From UHGV virus genome UHGV-0210810: a stretch of 39,345 bases of DNA. One strand, 5' to 3'. The translations under genes were made by a program, and so were the position numbers. Below, piece by piece: positions 33,765 through 39,345 of this stretch. This DNA is from a virus. The notes beneath the pieces are model-generated. The model did no database searches. It saw only the letters and a program-made list of their open reading frames with translations, and was not told the origin of the DNA. How positions within the stretch are numbered: position 1 is the stretch's first letter; each line of letters opens with the position of its first letter.

Positions 33765-34153
33765 GCTTCTTCTTTAAGCGTATGGAAATCCAGTGACGCC
33801 TGATTGTGCTGATTGTAAATCCTAACCAGCTTGGCAAGCTCGCCATCTGTCACCAGCTCCAGCAGGATTTCAGAAGGGCTCATAATCTTGCCGTTGTGCT
33901 CCTGCGCCATAGCATCCACAATTTCTGCACTCTTAAGATTTGGCACTACCAGCGCCTCTGCGATATAGCGCGCCATTGTCTCCATTTCCGGTGCGCCCTC
34001 GCAGTCTCGGGAGATTTCCATACCCTCTTTTGCTTTAATCTGCCGCATCTCCCATTCCAGCGGATTTCCCTGCTCGTCCACAAAGGAATCAGAAAGCACA
34101 AACCGGATGTTTTCTTTCCTCTTTGGGTGCAAGAAATTCTTTAAAGTTTCCAT
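33755..34153 (-). CDS. Tail assembly chaperone (XkdN-like)
   Basis: F.DE.GNPLEWE.R, VVPNL and terminal EEAKN. Confidence 0.88.
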   Translation of the reverse strand: METLKNFLHPKRKENIRFVLSDSFVDEQGNPLEWEMRQIKAKEGMEISRDCEGAPEMETMARYIAEALVVPNLKSAEIVDAMAQEHNGKIMSPSEILLELVTDGELAKLVRIYNQHNQASLDFHTLKEEAKN

Positions 34154-34164
34154 CGTCGTGCCTC

Positions 34165-34611
34165 CTATTTCATTTCACTGATGATGTCAAAGTCATCAAA
34201 GGTTCCCTCTGTGGTGTGGGTAATGGCAGCAACCGATTCATCGTCCAGCATCCCCATCTCCAAATCTTTGAGGATGCAGTTGCGCAGCTGGTATTCACCG
34301 CGTCCATGCACATCGTTGAGCTCGTTGTAATACTGGATGGTAATATCGGGGTAGATACCTGTTTCCTTCCACTGCTTCACCATTTTTACAAAGTAGCTGG
34401 TAGGACAATAGCTGACGGAAAAGGTCCCCTCCACGCGCCGCAAAGCGTGCTGGCTCATGCGCTCTCCGAGAAAGTTTCCTTTTTCCACTTCGCCTGTTAA
34501 TTTTGGAGAAAGTTTTCGGATTTTGAAAACTGCCACCTTTTCGCCGCCTACTGTGGCGTATCCGTTCCCATCGTTGCCGGACGGGATGTTTGATAATCTT
34601 TCTTTTTTCAT
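34165..34611 (-). CDS. Tail tube protein (XkdM-like)
   Basis: Follows the sheath gene; terminal TFDDFDI. Confidence 0.8.
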   Translation of the reverse strand: MKKERLSNIPSGNDGNGYATVGGEKVAVFKIRKLSPKLTGEVEKGNFLGERMSQHALRRVEGTFSVSYCPTSYFVKMVKQWKETGIYPDITIQYYNELNDVHGRGEYQLRNCILKDLEMGMLDDESVAAITHTTEGTFDDFDIISEMK

Positions 34612-34623
34612 AGCTCACCCCTC

Positions 34624-35913
34624 CTATTCCGAAACGACAGTGAGATAGATTTTATCCATTGTGTCAACAACTCGCACACCGACAGTAACCGCTACACTGT
34701 CCCTGGCAGCATCCCCCATGCAGCTGACGGTCACATCGTCCGCTGCAAAATCCTCCACATATCCATTGTTCAGGTAGTTTTCTGTAATCAGACTGACGCA
34801 CTTGCCTTTGATTTCGTTTCTGCCGTCTTTGTTGTTGCGGATTTTGCCGATTGCCTTTTCGTCCAGCATCTTTTTGAGGTCTGCTGTGATGGCGCGCAGG
34901 GTGCGGATGACAAGGTTTTTACTCCAGTCCTCCGGGTGCTCAGCGTCAAAAGTGGTCAAGCTGTTGATGTCACTGAGGACACAAATCTTGCGGTGCATCT
35001 CCACAAAGAGAATTTCGCCTGCCGCTGTTCGGGTCTGCTGCTGCCACCTGTCTAAGGTTGGGTTTACCCGAATCCAATGGTCCACCTGATAGTGTGTGGC
35101 AGATTTCTCAATGCCGCAGCCTGCCTGGATTCCTGCCATGGTCGCACAAGCCTCTGCTGCCGTCAAATCATACTGCGCTGTGCTGCCGCCGACGGTGTTG
35201 TTGATGATGTTGACCCCTTTGGCAGCCGGATTGTTCATCACCACCTGGGTGTAAATCCCCGCCTGTTCCAGCTCCTCCGCAAAGGCTGCATATTTCCCCT
35301 TTGTTTCTGCATCGGTGCCGGTGTAGCAGAGCACATTAAATTCATGCTTGCGGATTTCCTCGAAAAAAGCATCATACCCTGCTGCCGCGGTTATTTCTCC
35401 ATTGCTGCCGCTGGTGAGGGTGATGGTTTTCGCTTCCAGTGTGCCGGTGCCCTCGATTTTGATATACGAGTTTGGAATAAAATCCCCCGGCTTTGTCACT
35501 GCCTGGGCGTCCATCTCCCGGGTGCCCAGGTAGGTGCGGATAACAAAAACATCTTTGTCCTTCTCCACAGTGATTTTGATGTCGTTTCCGCGGATGCCGG
35601 GATAAATCGCTTTCGCGGTGATGCCCGCCGCCAGTGTGCCCTGTGCCGGCTGTCCCTTTTTGGCATTCAGGCGATACAGCAGCAGTGTTCCTGCGTTTTG
35701 CATCACCTCGCGGACCAACTTGAGCTTTGGGTCGGTCAAATCGTAGCCCAAAGGGGCAATCGTGCTGTTTCCTCGCAGCAGTGTGGTCAGCGGCGCACCC
35801 CAATCAAGGTCGAGCGCCATTGCCACGGTTCCGCGCGCAGACAAGGCTGCATCTCTGTCACCGGCGATGATGTTTGCATATACGCCGGGCAAAATCTGTT
35901 TAACAATCGCCAT
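34624..35913 (-). CDS. Contractile tail sheath protein (XkdK-like)
   Basis: LPGVY.N, LDWG, LYRLN, YPG.RGN, DINSL, KN.VIR and IGK..N..DGR. Confidence 0.93.
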   Translation of the reverse strand: MAIVKQILPGVYANIIAGDRDAALSARGTVAMALDLDWGAPLTTLLRGNSTIAPLGYDLTDPKLKLVREVMQNAGTLLLYRLNAKKGQPAQGTLAAGITAKAIYPGIRGNDIKITVEKDKDVFVIRTYLGTREMDAQAVTKPGDFIPNSYIKIEGTGTLEAKTITLTSGSNGEITAAAGYDAFFEEIRKHEFNVLCYTGTDAETKGKYAAFAEELEQAGIYTQVVMNNPAAKGVNIINNTVGGSTAQYDLTAAEACATMAGIQAGCGIEKSATHYQVDHWIRVNPTLDRWQQQTRTAAGEILFVEMHRKICVLSDINSLTTFDAEHPEDWSKNLVIRTLRAITADLKKMLDEKAIGKIRNNKDGRNEIKGKCVSLITENYLNNGYVEDFAADDVTVSCMGDAARDSVAVTVGVRVVDTMDKIYLTVVSE

Positions 35914-36433
35914 GCTCTTTCTCCTTTGCAATAATATTTGTTTCTGCGTACTGAATCAGCGGTGCATCGTCTGTGCGCTGCTCCCATACGCTGACGGTTC
36001 CTGTGATGTTCACAATCCCATCCACCGTTTTGCTCTGTGCGTTGTAGATGGTATAAGGGGAGGATACCCCCTCAATCGGTCGGATGCGCTCTATATTGTC
36101 CATGATTCGGACTGCGGCATCCTGCTGTTCGCTTGTGGCATTTACCTCCTTGCTGATGTAGGCAAAATTTACCGCCAAAGTCCACTCGGCAAAGCCGTCC
36201 AGGCGCTTATGCCGTTGCACCTGAAACACCTGCACGAAGATAGCCGGAGGAATTTGCAGGATGGGTCTGCTCTGCTGTTGCGGCACAAGTACCACCGGCA
36301 GCTGAGGGAACTCTTTGCACAACTGTTCAGCGGCACTCAGTTGAAAACAGTCGATGCAGTTTAGTTTGTTTTGGTCGATTTTGTCCGTCAAAAAGCGGTC
36401 AATCCGTATGTTTTGATTGAGCTGCATCACCAC
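35900..36433 (-). CDS. Putative tail terminator
   Basis: Position between HK97 gp10-like gene and sheath; PP.IFV. Confidence 0.6.
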   Translation of the reverse strand: MVMQLNQNIRIDRFLTDKIDQNKLNCIDCFQLSAAEQLCKEFPQLPVVLVPQQQSRPILQIPPAIFVQVFQVQRHKRLDGFAEWTLAVNFAYISKEVNATSEQQDAAVRIMDNIERIRPIEGVSSPYTIYNAQSKTVDGIVNITGTVSVWEQRTDDAPLIQYAETNIIAKEKEHGDC

Positions 36434-36831
36434 CCACCTCCTTGCTTGATGTTCATGATTTCCTCATCGAAGTATTGCTTCATGTGTTCTTTTGCAAACT
36501 CCTCCCCGGCTTCCAGCATAAAAAAACCGGTGCTGTATCCGACCGTTTTCCCGTTTCTGACAATGCGGTGCCCATAGTTTACATACAAGCCATACTCCAC
36601 ATTGTTGCTGTATCCGCTTTCCCAGCCAACTAAGGTGCGCTTTGCCGGATGCGGCTCCCATTGTCCTCGCAAATACCCGGTGTCAACAGGCGTTTCCTTT
36701 ATTGTTTCGCCTATGCCTTCCAGCGCCGCCCGGTTGAGCACATTCTTTGCAGCTTGCTCGCAGTCGGCTTCCAGCTCTCTGAGTTTTCGCAGGAAATCAT
36801 CAAAATTTTGAAAATAGATGGAATCGCTCAT
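36427..36831 (-). CDS. HK97 gp10-family neck protein
   Basis: TPVDTG.LR..W, NNVEY..YVNYGHR and GFFMLE. Confidence 0.9.
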   Translation of the reverse strand: MSDSIYFQNFDDFLRKLRELEADCEQAAKNVLNRAALEGIGETIKETPVDTGYLRGQWEPHPAKRTLVGWESGYSNNVEYGLYVNYGHRIVRNGKTVGYSTGFFMLEAGEEFAKEHMKQYFDEEIMNIKQGGGW

Positions 36832-37181
36832 ACAATCCCCCGCCTTTTGCACCGGCAGATGCGATTGATGTGATAGGCGTGGACTGTGCCCACATCGTAC
36901 TCGCTCACACTGCCGCTGTGGGTGATTGTGAGCCGGTCGCCCTCGCAGATGTCTGCATCCGGTGGGAAGTAAACGGTAAATTCCGCCGGTGCGGTTGCCA
37001 CCTGCTCCCCTTGCTGCAAAACAGGCTTGCTGTCCAGCGACAGATGGCAGGGCAAAGCTGTGTAAGCTCTCTTTTGTTCCACCACATTGCCAGATAAAGC
37101 CACCCGATAAACATCCGCTCTGTCGTCATAAAACAGTTGCAGGGCAGCTCTGGCAGCCGCTACTGTATCCTTTGGAATCAT
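36828..37181 (-). CDS. Head-tail adaptor/closure protein
   Basis: PCHLS and I.EGD.LTIT; gene position. Confidence 0.7.
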   Translation of the reverse strand: MIPKDTVAAARAALQLFYDDRADVYRVALSGNVVEQKRAYTALPCHLSLDSKPVLQQGEQVATAPAEFTVYFPPDADICEGDRLTITHSGSVSEYDVGTVHAYHINRICRCKRRGIV

Positions 37182-37585
37182 GGTCGCACCGCCCCTCTGC
37201 GGTATCGGTTGAGGATTTCCCGGTTTGCCTCCAGCACCTGTTGCGGGCTTACGGGGATGGCATTGTCGTTTGCTGCCGCTGCTGCCTCGCTTGTGTCGCT
37301 TGCAAAGCTGACGGTCGTGTCCCCCTCGGTGATGGATTTGACCGATTGCGTGCTCTGGGCTTGGCTGTTTCCCATACCGACAGCAATACCGGCGGATATG
37401 GTTTGCGCTACTGCCAGCTGCGCGCAGATTGGATAGAGCGCCCTTGGCAAATCATAACGGTGCAAATACGCCTTTAAAAGCAAAGCGGCAGCGGAGATTT
37501 GCTCAACCGCCGCCGCCATCTGCTCAGGGACCAGAGGATAAAGCCGGATAAAGGCAAGGATCCCCTCTTTTTGCTTTTCATCCAT
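37178..37585 (-). CDS. Head-tail connector protein
   Basis: VKSITEGDTTVSF and LNRYRR. Confidence 0.82.
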   Translation of the reverse strand: MDEKQKEGILAFIRLYPLVPEQMAAAVEQISAAALLLKAYLHRYDLPRALYPICAQLAVAQTISAGIAVGMGNSQAQSTQSVKSITEGDTTVSFASDTSEAAAAANDNAIPVSPQQVLEANREILNRYRRGAVRP

Positions 37586-37603
37586 GCTGTTCCCCTCCTG
37601 TTA

Positions 37604-38482
37604 CTACGCCTTTTTGGACTGGAGTTTCACCGCCAGCGTTTTGTCCAACGTTTTGACACCGCACAGCATATCAATCGAGATGGTATCGGTTTTCTTGGTG
37701 ATGTCGTAGCCGTAGACAACACGCAGACCGAAGCCGTCGTAGTTTACGACCTCAGCTTTTGCGGCACCGTTTGGCAGAGCCAGAGGGCGGGTGACCAGTG
37801 CAAAGGCGTTTTTATGGAAGGCAAGGTTCTGAATAATCTGTGAGCCGTCCTTCTGGACGTTCTGGTCCATGTAGGTATCAAAACCAAACTTTCTGCCGAG
37901 GGATGCCTCTCTCAGTGCAGTGCCGTTGTCGCCAACCTTGTCCGCCTCGTGGAAGGTTCCCAGCTTCATGAAAGCAGCCTCGGTCAGCGGGTCGAGCACA
38001 AGTCGTCTGTCGCCCAGCGGAGCCTTTGCGGTGTTGAGCAGTGCGCCTGCATCCACGATCGGGTCGATAGCAATCGGCAGAGCAGCCGGGTCACCGGCAA
38101 CCGCAGTAACATCCTTGTACAGGCTCAGCAGCAGGGTATCAATCTTGTCATTAAATGCCTGCATTGCCGGCACAAGAAACTGCTTGGAAAAATCCTTGAT
38201 GTCAAGGCTCATCTCTTTGGAGGTTACCGAGAAGGAAACATCCAGGTGGTGGTCCATCTTGATTGGCACACCGGTTTCGGTCGCTTCCTGAATCTCGATG
38301 GCGCTGGTAAATTCCTTTGCAACAAAGGTTGCCGGTTTGCGCACGGTGATGGTGTCGCCCACCCCTGCTACAAACTCATTGGAATAATCTCGGTGCACCA
38401 GTTTTGCCATCACAGCGTTGTTTCTCAGCACCATCAGGGCTTCTCTTGCAATAATGCTTGGGGTCAGTAGTGTGTTTCCCAT
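37604..38482 (-). CDS. Major capsid protein, P22 coat-protein family
   Basis: IAREAL..L.N, GDTI.VRKP, NLAFHKNAFAL..RPL and D.L.GVK.L. Confidence 0.9.
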   Translation of the reverse strand: MGNTLLTPSIIAREALMVLRNNAVMAKLVHRDYSNEFVAGVGDTITVRKPATFVAKEFTSAIEIQEATETGVPIKMDHHLDVSFSVTSKEMSLDIKDFSKQFLVPAMQAFNDKIDTLLLSLYKDVTAVAGDPAALPIAIDPIVDAGALLNTAKAPLGDRRLVLDPLTEAAFMKLGTFHEADKVGDNGTALREASLGRKFGFDTYMDQNVQKDGSQIIQNLAFHKNAFALVTRPLALPNGAAKAEVVNYDGFGLRVVYGYDITKKTDTISIDMLCGVKTLDKTLAVKLQSKKA

Positions 38483-38500
38483 TTTCTTCTCTCCTTATTT

Positions 38501-39055
38501 TTATTTCTGTTTTGAGCGTTCTGCAATGTAATCTTCCATCGAAAGGCTGCCTAAATCCGCTTTGCTATTGGGCGGCGTTCCTGCCGGTGGGGTGTATCCG
38601 CTGCCCGCAGGCTTTGTGGAGATGACATCTGCATACTCGGTTTTTGCAGCAGACACCAGATTGTCAAAATCCTTTGCCCTGCCGCTTTCGTCCAGCTCCA
38701 ACGATTTTGCATCAAAGAGCTTGCTTGCCATTTCAAGCACTTTTCCGCTCAGTCCGGCAGAGGTCAGGACTTCCTTGGCCGCCTTTGCTTTGGCTGCCTT
38801 GGTTTCCTTTTCGGTCTGCTCGGTTTTAAAGTCCTCAAACTGCTTTTTGAGTGCTTTGTACTCCTCGCTGTCCTCCACCTTGATGGGTTCCGGTTTGTGG
38901 TCCTTGAGGGCTTTGTCCACTTCTGCTTTGGAAAAAGTGTCCCTCGTGCTTATGTGCTCATTGATGAGAGCATCTTCCAGTTCCTTCGGAAGCTCAACGC
39001 CGCTCTGCTTTGCGGCAGTTCTGACAAATTCTCTTGTAAATGCCATTTGTTTCAT
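38501..39055 (-). CDS. Capsid scaffolding protein
   Basis: Charged coiled-coil with Pro/Gly tail and SMEDYIAER; directly upstream of the capsid gene. Confidence 0.8.
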   Translation of the reverse strand: MKQMAFTREFVRTAAKQSGVELPKELEDALINEHISTRDTFSKAEVDKALKDHKPEPIKVEDSEEYKALKKQFEDFKTEQTEKETKAAKAKAAKEVLTSAGLSGKVLEMASKLFDAKSLELDESGRAKDFDNLVSAAKTEYADVISTKPAGSGYTPPAGTPPNSKADLGSLSMEDYIAERSKQK

Positions 39056-39075
39056 CCTTTCTGTTTTTTGGGTAT

Positions 39076-39103
39076 AAAAAAACCGCCCTATGAAGGACGG
39101 TTG
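39076..39103 (-). terminator. Hairpin/terminator closing the toxin-immunity array
   Basis: AACCGTCC...GGGCGGTT followed by a T-run on the minus strand. Confidence 0.6.
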
Positions 39104-39132
39104 ATTATTGAGTTTCGATTTTTCGATATTAT

Positions 39133-39345
39133 TTAAATCAAGGAAGATAAATCAATTCCTAAAGCATCTTCTGCCTCACGTATGCTTGCTATTCTTTGTT
39201 CTTCTGTTGCTGTTTCCTCTGGTGCTTGTGCATTTGGCACTCCATCAATGCTTACTCTTACGATAAATTTATCATGATCGGAAAGTTCGCGATAGCGTTC
39301 CCCTTTTTCTTCTTCCGACAGATGGCTCCATTCTTCAAATGTTAG
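39133..39345 (-). CDS. Putative immunity protein for the ART remnant; 75 aa, start ATG at 15..13 across the junction
   Basis: Joined translation MAERNLTFEEWSHLSEEEKGERYRELSDHDKFIVRVSIDG...LSSLI*; start overlaps the end of the ART remnant. Confidence 0.68.
   Translation of the reverse strand, partial: LTFEEWSHLSEEEKGERYRELSDHDKFIVRVSIDGVPNAQAPEETATEEQRIASIREAEDALGIDLSSLI

Larger units (their letters stand above)
1..39345. mobile_element. Complete circularly permuted temperate myovirus genome (excised form)
   Basis: All phage modules are present once, attP is intact next to the integrase, two reading frames continue across the 39345/1 junction, and no host genes are seen. Confidence 0.92.

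Noticed and set aside
26454..39136. Plus-strand ORFs opposite the structural genes (e.g. 30504..31400, 35077..35934)
   Set aside because: Shadow frames of well-supported minus-strand genes

Overview
The window looks like one complete, circularly permuted ~39.3 kb temperate phage genome with a contractile (PBSX/phiCD-type, Xkd) tail. The host is probably a gut Clostridia-class Firmicute (inference). Two reading frames run straight through the 39345/1 junction and attP is intact, so this appears to be the excised circle. Minus strand: the early/replication operon (Cro/Xis, BRO-ANT antirepressor, Spo0A-C-like protein, Sak4-like ATPase, SSB-like protein, ERCC4 nuclease, CHC2 primase zinc finger, VapE/VirE helicase, putative ori, Zn-ribbon paralogues, ArpU-type activator). 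It is followed by terS, terL, portal, MuF, scaffold, P22-type capsid, myovirus tail and baseplate, fibre, Fic moron, an RHH/antisense-RNA/antirepressor module and the lysis cassette. Plus strand: XRE repressor, ImmA protease, MNT-HEPN toxin-antitoxin pair, tyrosine integrase with an attP core matching a tRNA-Gln 3' end, and a small-peptide moron. The most striking locus is a MuF polymorphic toxin followed by an array of orphan cassettes: cognate immunity gene, remnant tip of a related toxin plus a paralogous immunity gene, a structured non-coding segment, and a remnant ADP-ribosyltransferase tip plus a third gene. Also notable are a P22 immI-like module, several antisense sRNA units, a 15-bp motif shared by attP, ori and the terS-upstream region, a Spo0A effector-domain homologue, a probable pseudo-amidase and ATC/ATA start codons. 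All calls come from reading motifs by eye; no database searches were run.
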